A stretch of 64,000 nt of DNA from Octopus sinensis (GCF_006345805.1 NC_043008.1:10106001-10170000), one strand, 5' to 3'; counted from the stretch's first letter, positions 51,372 to 62,944 are shown. Program-made: numbers and translations. The notes: generated by a model from the letters alone, not told the origin.

Positions 51372-51579
51372 TACTCTTTTACTCTTTTACTTGTTTCAGT
51401 CATTTGACTGCGGCCATGCTGGAGCACCGCCTTTAGTCGAGCAAATCGACCCCGGGACTTATTCTTTTGTAAGCCCAGTACTTATTCTATTGGTCTCTTT
51501 TGCCGAGCTGCTAAGTTATGGGAACGTACACACACCAGCATCAGTTGTCAAGCAATGCTAGGGGGACAAACACAGACAT

Positions 51580-51614
<35 letters not shown>

Positions 51615-51787
51615 CATATATACGACAGGATTCTTTCAGTTTCCATCTACCAAATCCACTCACAAGGCATTGGTCGGCCCGGGGCTATAGCAGAAGACAC
51701 TTGCCCAAGATGCCATGCAGTGGGACTGAACCTGGAACCATGTGGTTGCTAACCAACCTACTTATCACATAGCCACTCCTGCGCCTA
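51372..51787 (-). mobile_element. CORE-type SINE (an older copy follows at ~51990-52342)
   Basis: Reverse-complement match to 33772-34156. Confidence 0.85.
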
Positions 51788-52345
51788 TATATACATGAGG
51801 TTAGAACTTTAAACACCTGGAATATTCATCACTAAAATTATAGAGGCCCCTTTTATACAAAAGACCACAAAAATGTATAACAAACCAACTAAATGACATA
51901 ATTGTACATGTTAGCAACAAACAAGATGAGGACGATATCCATCAAATGTAAATAATGTGTTATACGGTGTCTAAATGTTAGACACATCTTTAATTTGTTT
52001 CAGTCATTAGACTGTGACCTTGAAGGATTTTAGTTGAACAAATTGACCCCAGTACTTATTTATTTTCTAAGCCTAGTACTTATTCAGTCGGTCTCATTTG
52101 CTGAACTGCTAAGTTGTGGGTGACATAACCACACCAACACCAATTGCCAGGTGGTGGTGTTGGCGACAAACAAAGACACACACACACATGTATAAATGGG
52201 TTTCTTTCAGTTTCCATCTCTCAAAGTCAGAAGGTTTTAGTCAGACCAAGGCTGTAGAAGACAATTTGCCCAACATACTACATTGTTGTACCAAACCCAG
52301 AACCATATGGTTTTGAAGCAAACTTCTTACCACACAGCCACAATT

Positions 52346-52600
52346 CATCATCATCATCATCGTTTAACGTCCGTTCTCCATGCTAGCATGGGTTGGACGG
52401 TTCGACCGGGGATCTGGGAAGCCAGAAGGCTGCACCAGGCTCCAGTCTTATCTGGCAATGTTTCTACAGCTGGATGCCCTTGCTAACGCCAACCACTCCG
52501 TGAGTGTAGTGGGTGCTTTTTACCTGGCAACGGCCACGGTCGAATTGGTGCATTTTACATGTCACCGGCACGGAAGCCAGTCTAGGTGGCGCTGGCCAGA
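52346..52600 (-). mobile_element. (GAT)n-tailed retroposon, young subfamily
   Basis: Near-identical to 39921-40190. Confidence 0.85.
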
Positions 52601-52982
52601 AAATTCATCAGCATGGCACTGTTACCAAGAATAACTCTTTAAATAAGGGGCCACATTTCATTTTATCCAGTCTCACTCAGAATGCTTGAATTGACCTGAA
52701 AATAGTTACCAATAGACCAAAGCAGTAAGATTGAACTCAGTGACTTGTAATTCCGAAGCAAGCCTCTGAGTCACTGAAATATGTTCGATGTTTGCGTTCA
52801 TTGTTGTGTGTTTCTATTGAATCCTCTTTGTTTAATGTCTGCTTTCCATGCTGGCATGGGTTGGATGGTTTGACAGGAGCTGGCTGGGGAGAAGACTGCA
52901 CCAAACTTCGTCTTATTTTGGCAGGGATTTTACAGCTGAATGTCCTTCCTAAAGACAACCACCCCACAGAGTGAAAGCATCC

Positions 52983-53011
<29 letters not shown>

Positions 53012-53014
<3 letters not shown>

Positions 53015-53324
53015 GTCATACAATATAGTGTATATTTAAACACATGAGGAATCCACTCATAGGAATTCAACATGCTAGAAAGAACAGCTAGGTTCTATAA
53101 CCACAAAAATTAGGGATAAAATTCGACAGGAACAAAATGAAAAATAAAAACATTTTACCATTTAATTTCCTGGACCAATTGGTTTCTGTTTTTATTTTTC
53201 ATTTCGTTCCTGTCGAATTTTATCCCTAATTTTTGTGGTTATAGAACCTAGCTGTTCTTTCTAGCGTTTTGAATTCCTGTAAGTGGATTCATGTGTATAA
53301 ATATACACTATATTGTATGACTAA
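53012..53324. repeat. Foldback inverted repeat, arms ~140 bp, 34-nt loop
   Basis: 53012-53152 pairs with 53187-53324, with a few substitutions and one 3-nt indel. Confidence 0.92.
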
Positions 53325-53462
53325 AATATAGTCTTTTGGACTAAATTTTTACATGTTAGACCACTGGAAATGTAAATTTTAATTAATTTCCTTTTCCCTT
53401 TGATATGATTAAATATATATATATATATATACGCGAGAAAGAAGCAACAAGAATGGATAGGT

Positions 53463-53553
53463 TTTTAGTACGATCGTTTCATACAAGGACAGGTTTTATT
53501 AAAAGTTGCAAAGATTACAGCATATAAACGAGTCCCGTACTCATCAGCTAAAA
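53463..53553 (-). ncRNA. Type-I hammerhead ribozyme (mirror copy)
   Basis: Exact reverse complement of 54294-54384. Confidence 0.8.
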
Positions 53554-54293
53554 TACATGTAAGTTCTCTAGACATCCTAGTGTTTGAGGCTATACTCATG
53601 AAGTAATGTAGATAATTAAACAGATTTCTAAAGTTCATTAAAGTTCCTTAAAGATGATGTATAGTCTTATCACAGAATTTTAAAAAAGTTTTGATAGCAT
53701 CACAGAGAAGGTGACCTAATCCATATGAATTTCCATAGATATGATGAGGGATTATATACTCACAGAAGACAAATTTATCCATTGTTATTAGCATTACAGA
53801 GAGGGTGAATTAATCCTTTGTATATATGCACAGATTCCAATGGTGTAGATGTAAATTTCCAGAGAAATGGAGATGAATTTCATATTCACAGGCGATAAAT
53901 TTTACAATGGTTGAACACAATGAGGTAGGTACCAATCCTTGTTATATGATTAGGTGTTTGCCATATTAATCACACTACTGCTATTCACAAGAGGCTGTAG
54001 CTATTTAACTCTTAAAGGTTGAAGGGCTTACTAGATCGGCCAAGAATAGAGAATGCTAATAACAATGGATAAATTTGTCTTCTGTGAGTATATAATCCCT
54101 CATCATATCTATGGAAATTCATATGGATTAGGTCACCTTCTCTGTGATGCTATCAAAACTTTTTTAAAATTCTGTGATAAGACTATACATCATCTTTAAG
54201 GAACTTTAATGAACTTTAGAAATCTGTTTAATTATCTACATTACTTCATGAGTATAGCCTCAAACACTAGGATGTCTAGAGAACTTACATGTA

Positions 54294-54384
54294 TTTTAGC
54301 TGATGAGTACGGGACTCGTTTATATGCTGTAATCTTTGCAACTTTTAATAAAACCTGTCCTTGTATGAAACGATCGTACTAAAA
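54294..54384 (+). ncRNA. Type-I hammerhead ribozyme, Penelope-type, intact core
   Basis: Stem I TTTTAG(54294-99)/CTAAAA(54379-84); CTGATGA 54300-06; stem II GTACGGGAC paired with GTCC-T-TGTAT around a ~40-nt loop; GAAA 54367-70; palindromic stem III ACGATCGT; predicted cleavage after GTA at 54378. Confidence 0.8.
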
Positions 54385-55248
54385 ACCTATCCATTCTTGT
54401 TGCTTCTTTCTCGCTTATAATCACCCCACATTACTGTATTGTTAAATCAGTATAGTTCTTTTTGGTGCATCTAAGTTAGGTACCATATTCAAGTAAATTT
54501 TTTAAATTAACTTGAATCTTTATTGCTCTTTGTATATATATATATATATATTTTTGTGTGTGCATCTATATATACATAGATACAGATTTGGTCTTCTGTG
54601 CTTGTAGACATGCAGCCTCTTCTCCATCGCTAAGTGTAATATTCACAATGACAATGAGGGTTTACATTTCAAATATTTGGATATTAACTTCTGTTACCAT
54701 GGTTACAGTTATTGCTCCATAACCAGTCACCATTATATCATATTATTTTGGATCATCTTAAGACACCTAGACTCTTAATTTTATTTCACCCTTCAGCATT
54801 CGCATTACTCTGTCAAATCCAGTGTTCATTTATTCACATTGCTTTCAACCAATCAATTATCATCTTGTAAGCTTTTAAATTTCGGTGATATGATTGCAGA
54901 TTTTCAAAACGACATTGTAGGATAGGTGTGAGAGGCAAGACCTGGCCAGTTTGAACATAAAACAAGTAGAATATTTGGGCTAGATATGGCCAGATTAAAT
55001 ACTAAAGGATTAAACCTTGATAGGCTTTGAGCAAGATTCTTAACTAATTCTTATAAATTTTTATGGAAAGATACTAAGTGTCTAGTCTAGTTAGGGAAGT
55101 TAAACTATGGTAGGTAGATGTGCTTTCCAAGAAAATTGCTCTCTCATTTGTTTATTGGTAAAAGTTCCGATTTGTTTAAAAAGTTGTTAAACTCTTCTGA
55201 GCTTGTTTTGTTTTCTGTTTATTTATTTTATTCTTTTTACATTTTCAG

Positions 55249-55437
55249 AAATCAAAGCTGGAATTGGTGATGGACACAGTGAAGCTTGCATCATAGATGA
55301 GAAGAAAACACACATGAAGACCCATTGAGAGAGAAATCTGGTTCTAATTAACAGTGGACTGAGCGGATTCTGTGGATAGATTTCTTCAAGTTGTGTTCTA
55401 TTCTCAATTTCTCTCTGTTAGTTCAGCTAAGTCCAAA
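55249..55437 (+). other. Probable 5' UTR part of the F-box exon, with three chained uORFs
   Basis: Strong acceptor TTCTTTTTACATTTTCAG| ending at 55248; uORFs at 55270-55296, 55297-55317 and 55314-55328. Confidence 0.5.
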
Positions 55438-56505
55438 ATGGAAGAAGCTAGGCAATACTTCCCATTTGAAATGCTACCTGACCTTTGCAAGCAAAAGATC
55501 TTCTCTTACCTGAATGCTGTGGATAAAGGCCACTCAGCGCAGGTGTGTACTAATTGGCGAGATCTCATGTCTTCGTCTGTTTGGGACACAATTGATCTTT
55601 CATCAGACTTGGGATTCGGGTGTCTTCCGTCGGCAACCCATTCGGTGGAGGGCAAAGAGTGCCATGAATGTTACTGCAAGAGGGTTAATGATTTCTTCAT
55701 ATATCTCAACCGAATACAGCCTACCATACGTCGCTTGGATTTTTATTTTGATATCGGAGACATTAACAACAACAGCAACAACTACCTGGACAACATCCAG
55801 CGTGGACTTATTCCATCACTCTGTAAGCACTTGCGTTATGTCCGTGTGAACTGGAAGGACTCGAGAGACCGATGGCTCGATCCGGGTCACCAGCCAGATC
55901 AAGATGCCGTGTACAGCTACAAACTGCATCTACGACGGTTCGCACATTTCTTTGAGTATTTCACAACAATTGTACCATCTCTCACCACTTTAATTCTACC
56001 ATTTGATTGGAACCAAAAGACAATACAAAGCTTAACTCGGCTCAAGAGCCTTCAGTCACTAGTCTTGAAACGGGTTGTCTGTAGTCAATCTCTGATGCAG
56101 AGCCACTTGGATCTCGTTCTCTCAGAGCTTCCGTCTTTGAAACAGTTGCTCTTAGAAGTATGGTTACCAAGTGGGGATGGACTGATTCCGTACACACTAA
56201 AATCTGATTCACTAGAAAATTTGGACATTTCCGAAAGTCATGGACTTTATCTAAATCATGTGGATATGCCTCATTTGAAAGGCATTCGTATCGCACGTCA
56301 CATTTTACATGGACCCTTAAAAACATTCAACAGATTAAATCTGCCGTGTTTGCACAGTGTACTGTCAAACGGGGCACCAACACTCTCAAAAATTAACGAT
56401 CATTATCTTCAACCTAATTGGCGCCACGAAATTTATGTGACTTTGGAAGAAGTGCTTCGGGCGGTCTGTTCTTGCCGGAACCATCTCACTGATTTAATTG
56501 TGTGA
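55438..56505 (+). CDS. F-box protein with LRR-like C-terminal region, 355 aa, intronless CDS
   Basis: First ATG of the long ORF (AAAATGG context); F-box motif FPFEMLPDLCKQKIFSYL...AQVCTNWRDL; LxxLxxLxL repeats (LTRLKSLQSLVL, LPSLKQLLLE, LENLDIS, LKGIRI); the only long non-repetitive ORF in the window. Confidence 0.9.
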   Translation: MEEARQYFPFEMLPDLCKQKIFSYLNAVDKGHSAQVCTNWRDLMSSSVWDTIDLSSDLGFGCLPSATHSVEGKECHECYCKRVNDFFIYLNRIQPTIRRLDFYFDIGDINNNSNNYLDNIQRGLIPSLCKHLRYVRVNWKDSRDRWLDPGHQPDQDAVYSYKLHLRRFAHFFEYFTTIVPSLTTLILPFDWNQKTIQSLTRLKSLQSLVLKRVVCSQSLMQSHLDLVLSELPSLKQLLLEVWLPSGDGLIPYTLKSDSLENLDISESHGLYLNHVDMPHLKGIRIARHILHGPLKTFNRLNLPCLHSVLSNGAPTLSKINDHYLQPNWRHEIYVTLEEVLRAVCSCRNHLTDLIV

Positions 56506-57174
56506 GTGTTGTTAGAAGGTACCACAATTTGTTTTTTTAATCTTTACAAACAGGTGTTGTAAGGAAAGGTGTAGTGAGAGAGAATGCAAAGAGAATGAAT
56601 TTGAAATATGCAAACAATTGAATGCTCAAATGAATGTGTATGGTTTTATTTTCACAAACATATCTGCACATGCATGTGTACACACATATACATACATATA
56701 TAGAATATATTGTATACATACATATATAGATATATGCATTGAATACTGATTGTACACCTTTGTGCATATACATACACACATATTTATCAATTTCCTTCGC
56801 TTTTGGTCAAAATAATGTGTGTATGCAAACATGTGGTCTGTATAAGTGTATGTGTGTATAAAGTGTATATGTAGAGGACAGATATGTGTTTTAATATATC
56901 AGCTGTTTTTCAGTTGCACATTATGTCTATTAACGATATACTCATATACATCTACTTTTATGTTGATACATAGACACACTCTTATACACACACACACATA
57001 CCATTTATATATGTATTATCATGCAAGTGTACACAAATATACATTCTTGTGTATATGAATGCAGAAACTATTCTCTGTGCATAGACATGCAAACATAAAA
57101 TCATGTGTGTATATATGAACAAGCATGTGCAACTGTGTGTAGACATTAAATTTTATGCATTATATATGTGTATG

Positions 57175-57206
<32 letters not shown>

Positions 57207-57571
57207 TGGGAAATCCCTTCATGTCATTTTGGGGTGGTTTTGCTGTACTGCTCACAAATTAATAATCTATTCCTAAACATAACGACAGTGAATTGGGGCT
57301 AGAAACTTCCAGAACATCTTAATTTCCAGCCATACTCCATATCACCCGTGTCTTCGCTGTTTTGTTTTCTTTGCATTGTTTTCCATCTTCCGCCTGTCTA
57401 CAAGATTTCATACCATTTTTACCACAAAAGACTGGAGCACTTCTGTTTCATAGTTACAACAAATATAGTTTATTATTATACACATAGACACATAAGTGTA
57501 TGTACGTGTCCACATAGCTGGATAAATATTCTTAATCTGTGGGTAATCAAATATACCAATGGTTTCAGGCC

Positions 57572-57654
57572 GAGAGAGAAATCTCTCAACAATTATCAAT
57601 TTTCTCCAACATTCCATGTGGAAGACTTGATAATTGTTAAGAGATTTCTCTCTC
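57572..57654. other. 83-nt hairpin, 28-bp arms (27/28 paired)
   Basis: GAGAGAGAAATCTCTCAACAATTATCAA (57572-99) / TTGATAATTGTTAAGAGATTTCTCTCTC (57627-54). Confidence 0.8.
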
Positions 57655-59459
57655 TACATGAAACTAATGGTAGCCTTGTTAACCCACAAATAAGTAACCA
57701 TACATTTTATCTTTCAGCTTACATGTAGTGTTAGACATTACCAGGGTCACTGATTTTGGTAGTTTTTCTAATTGTATTACATTCCCTACCGTTGTACAAG
57801 AGAGAACGAGATGACCTCTGAGCATGTGGAGATTTCTGTGTCTGTGTCTGCACTTGTAAACTTTCCAGGAGCAAAAGTAATAACGAAGCGAAACATAGAG
57901 ATTTAACCGTATATCTATTGCTTACTCAGAAAATATATTATACCAACCTTGGCACCATCAAATTACACCTTTTCTCTTTGATCAAATTAAGCTGCGTATG
58001 CTTATCTGATGTGTTAGGGGTGTAGTAGGGATCTGCTTTAACTTTTCCTTACTCTCAAATTATTATTTACAAATACTGTTAACTGTTCGATATTGTTTTA
58101 TGAGGGAAAAAAAACAACAAAAATCTTTAATTTATTTAAATGTGTGTGTAAGGCAGTGAGCTGGCAGAACTGTTAGCAAGTCAGGCAAAATGTCTGTCTT
58201 GATGTTATGAGTTCAAATGCCACCAAGGTTGACCTCGCCGTTCATCCCTTCAGGGTCGATAAAATAGGCACCTATTCAGCACTGGAGTCGATGTAATTGA
58301 CTTACCCCCTCCCACCCAAATTGCTGCCCTTCTGTCAAAATTTGAAACCAGTTTATTTATTTATGTGTGTGTGTGTGTATGTATGTATGTGTGGTGGGAA
58401 TATAATATAGTTAGGAAAATACCAGGTCTGTTGGCTTTTCCATGGTAACCCTTTCATCTGTTGATTGTTCTGTTTTTCTAAAAGACATTTCCATTTCTCT
58501 TCTTCCTTGAAAGTTAATTCCCCTGAAGTTAGTGTCTCCATAATTACATTATTCATAATATTTCAAATAATTGAAAATGGCACCGCTAATGAAGGTGGTT
58601 TTTATGGTGTCTAATTCTAAGGATTCAGTTCTCACCTCTAATGTTTCAATCCCAGATGGAGTGGGGTCGGGTGCAACTTATGCATTTATTTTATTTATTT
58701 TTTAAATAACCAAAACTTTACTTAAGCGTGGTACACGTCACCATATCTTTTATTAACAGTGGGGCACAACACTGGTTTGTACCATGATTTGAACTTGTGT
58801 CCTTATGGCCAGTAATAAAGCACCTTACCCTCACAACCATTGGGTGTCGTGGTGAGCCTGATAAATCACTGAATCTTCGTCATAGATACCTGTAGCAAGG
58901 ACAAGTCTGTTTGGCTGTGCTAATCTCTCTGCTTCAGGTAACCACAGGAACTAACGAACCACCTTGCAGTATTGTTGTCACTCGCTAGAAATATCAGCTA
59001 AATCTCCCTTAAATCACAGTACTGTATCTCGAAAAACAGTACACACTAAACCAGTCTGCTTGATCAGAGCTGATCTAGAGCTAAACAACAATCGTGGGGT
59101 TGGTTTTACTTTGTAATGCATGGATGAACTCTAACAAATAATATTGACTGCTATAATAATAATAATTGTATTACAATGGTAGTGAATGAAATGAGAACCT
59201 TACAGTTGTCTTCTACCTTTATTGACTTTGCCATTCATACCTGAATATCATTAATTGAAATTGAAAGAAAAATTACGTTTCTGTCTAACAAAGACGTTTT
59301 TATTATGTAAGACAGTTTTTTTTTAAAACAGTAATTTTATGATTCCAGACCTGGGTAATTTTTATACAAATGAGCAGTAGGTGGAAATACATATTGTGTT
59401 CTAGGCATTGCTGTAGGTACTTTGAACATATCACAATGGGAAGTTAGTATCACAGTGTA

Positions 59460-59640
59460 CAGTGATCCTTAGTTTGTCGCGGTAGATTAGTTCCAAGACC
59501 GGCCGCGATAACTGAATTTCCGTGAAGAAGGGACACCATATTTACAGTATTCATTTAATGTGTATTTGGACTTTTAAAACCCTCCCTGTACTGTTAACAA
59601 CCCACCCATTACAGTAGTCTATTTATAACAAGGACAACTG
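59460..59640 (+). mobile_element. Left end of a pogo/Tigger-like element
   Basis: TA|CAGTGATCCTTAGTTTGTCGCGG...TTCCAAGACC..CCGCGATAA; right end not found. Confidence 0.5.
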
Positions 59641-60939
59641 TTAAGCAATAACACTTTAGGTTTTAAAAAAAATAAAGATTGTTACTGTTACACAGGCCTG
59701 ATTACAAAATAGAAAGCCGTGATTCGTCGTCTCTCTCTCTCCATTGCATTAATCACAGCCCATCTTAAGCCTATTATAATAAAGACATCTATATATGTAC
59801 CTAAATGTGGTAAATTGTGACAGCCAGGTAAATTGATCTTGCATCTCAAAGGACATAATGCATGATAGGTTCCCAAGCATTCAGTGACAGTGGACTAGTT
59901 TCTGCAGGGAAGAACCTTAGTTGACCAAATCAGCCTCAGCTTATTACTGGTATGTGTCCATACTGGTTGACCTTTAGTAAAGTTTGAACCAAGACTGAAG
60001 AAAGAGATGAAACTAAACAAAATAGGGCATTTAATCTTGTACTTTACTCTTTCTGCCAACTTATCTTTTTTGATGACCACCCTTCAGGATTGTCTGGGTT
60101 GCTCGACTCAATGTCTGCTTCTTAAATTTCCTCAGAGCTCCATCTTCAGCCTGGTGCAAAATGGAAGCAATATTACACCCTGTCTTAAAGGCGGTGAGTT
60201 GGCAGAATCATTAGCAAATCAGGCAAATTGCTTAGTGGCATTTTGTCTGTCTTTATGTTCTGAGTTCAAATTTCACCAAGGTCAACTCGGCCTTTTATCT
60301 TATCATGGTCGATAAAGTAAGTACCAGTTGAACACTGGGGTTGATGTAATCATGTCCCCCACCCCACCTCTCCCCAAATTGCTGGCCATGCGCCAAAATT
60401 TGAAACCGAATATTACATCCTGTCTAATTAGAATATTCTGTCCGTTCGTTGCTCCGATCCTCACATTGACCCCCAAAGAGTGGTGCATTCAGGATTGTAT
60501 CACCACCGACAGAATGACTGGATCATTTCAAAGGTGGATGTATCCAACCTAGATACAATGTGGTACCGAGTAAAGCTAGTGATTTGAAACTTTGACTTCT
60601 AGGCTTGTTGTTCGGTTCACCGCCAAGTCCATCATCCATGCACGATGTATGTTGTTGGAAACAGGTGGGTAGGAGTGTATGAATGGATGAGAAACCGGAT
60701 GGAATCTTAATCCTTAGTAATCAATCTAGAATTAGTTAATCAGCTCAAAGTAAGACAATGTAGGCTAGAGAATACCTGACACTCTCTCTTTCTCTCTAGT
60801 GCTAGTTCCATCTCGTATAAAATGCTCCCAGGATACTCTGTATAGTAAGTATTAGGAATGGCATCTAGTCATAGAAAACACGCAGATAATGGAATAGCTG
60901 AGCAAGACTTGTTCATCCTACTGATCTAAGATGTACATA

Positions 60940-61240
60940 CTTGTACTTGTGGCAACATTCACCTTAGGCGGGTTGAGTCAGCTTCTACTCATGGAAGAAG
61001 TTTCGTGGGAATATGTGGATTTCACAAGTGATCCCCAACAATCCCGCATGTGGAGACATCTTGTTTGCCACAGATTGTCCGCGGACGCAGAGACAGAACG
61101 ACTGAGGAGCCGCCGGTTGCCAAAGCAGACACTCTGAGGATTTTCTGCCAGGTTGTGGCCCTAATACCACTCGGTGTCAGACCAATCCGCCTTGAGTGGC
61201 CCTACCCGTTGCCAGCGTCCCCACCACGGTGAGGAGGGGA
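60940..61240 (-). mobile_element. GC-rich insertion resembling an RTE-type 5' UTR
   Basis: Abrupt GC-rich block in AT-rich DNA; minus strand starts CCCCTCCTCACCGTGGTGGGG, similar to RTE 5' termini as I recall them; no ORF recognised. Confidence 0.4.
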
Positions 61241-62944
61241 CTAAGATGGTAGTAATTCAAATCGGAAGTGACTCAAACCCTCATTATTAACACCTTCTTT
61301 ACATTCTACATTAATAAACAGACCCTTTTTCACTTTGTGATGAATTATTAAGTAAGCCCCTAAAATTAAACTGACATGGTGTTTAAGAAAAAAAAAAGAA
61401 ATTATTATAATGTATCTTAAGTACTGAGTGTGATGTAGGTGGCGTTGGCATCACTATTTCAAAGGGGAGGTAACAAGGACACAAATGATGATGATATGGT
61501 TTGTTTTTTTCTTCCTTTGTTAGTATTTTAAAACTTTTCAGGAAATTTTTAAAAGGTGAGCAGCATTAACTACCACCACAGTGTTTCTTTAGAGTCAAAT
61601 GGAATGGTAAACTGAAGAAAGAATCCAAGAGTCACTATTTCCTTTTTATCTAGCGAAATCCTCCCATACTGCACAAAAATCTCATATGATTGATTTTTAC
61701 ATTTCTTGACATCTTTGAGCAAAGAATCCAGATACTGAGGAATGAAATGATCTTACGTTGTTTGTTTCCTCTCTTCCAGACCCCCCCCCCAATCTCCATG
61801 TCTTTGGAACAATGGAATCATTACACAATTTCTTCATCTCACCATTTTTTATTTTCCTTTAGCCAATCCATTGGATCTAAATTTTTAATATTTTTACTTT
61901 AACTTATTTTACTCCCTTCTTCCATCGTTCTGTAGAGTGGAAGGAAGATTGATCTTTTGACTTTCCCCTGAAGAAAATGGCTCTGTTCTATATACATAAG
62001 TGTATGTTTGTGTCTATGTTTGTATATTCATACCTGTCTGTCACAATCCCTGTCTCCACAGACTCTCCACCACTCCCTACATTCTGTGTAAAAACGTATA
62101 AATCAAACAGAAAAGAAAAAAAAACTGACCCTTTTTTTTCCTTCTTAAAATAAAACCAACAAAAAAAAAAGATGCAATTGGTGGTTCAGCATCAGTCCGG
62201 TCACAACTGGTGTTTGTTATGTACTACCTGGCAAAATAATACTGATGTTATTGCATGCTAACTAAAAATAAGGAAGAAAAAAATGTAAAAATACAATGGA
62301 AACAAAAAGACATGTTGATAACTACAATGCTGTGTGTGTGTATGTGTGTGTGTGTATGTGTGTGTCAAACATTCATACATGTGAATAAAATATGAAAATA
62401 AAAAGAAATATTTAAAAATTTTGGCTTCTGTTTTTCTTTCAAAAGGTGACACTTCTAATATATTCATGTTCTTGGATATACCTGTAAAAACCTATGTAAT
62501 TTATGCACTTTTTTCTGCATAAATGACTAGAAAAGCACTTGGAGAGTGCAGACCTCAGCCAAGCAGCTCATTTCCACCTATATACACGCATGCTGAAAAT
62601 CGCCCAGTTTCCCAAACCAACACCGGTTTCATACAAGTTTTGTATGAAATTTCATTAAAAGATATCTGTTCTTCTGTAAGTTGTGAAACAAATTTTGTGG
62701 GGCACAGTCAGTAATCTCTTGACTATTGCAGGTGTTATGTTCCCAAGCCCTGTCGATAGGTGAAAATCCATGAAACAGAAACGGTACTGTATTGCGTATA
62801 TTTTTTTTTATCATGTTATCCTCCGCAGACCTTTGCCAAGCAGCTCATTTTAAGAGAGCTACGTGAGTAAAAATTACTAGCACAAACACTTTGTAATTTA
62901 ATAGCTTTTAATGTGATACCTATTAAACAGAAATTATTTCTATT

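Larger units (their letters stand above)
53433..54414. mobile_element. 363-bp inverted repeat with 256-bp spacer; probable Penelope-like element 3' ends fused head to head
   Basis: 53433-53795 is the reverse complement of 54052-54414 (no mismatch found by eye); each arm carries a hammerhead near its outer end. Confidence 0.85.

Noticed and set aside
53200-53250. CTGTCGA...GAAC in the first foldback as a hammerhead
   Set aside because: No GAAA, stem III or cleavage triplet; the pairing is a plain hairpin.
55372-55437. 22-codon N-terminal extension given by the ORF track
   Set aside because: It starts at GTG and spans a polypyrimidine/acceptor-like tract; the ATG at 55438 has good context and directly precedes the F-box.
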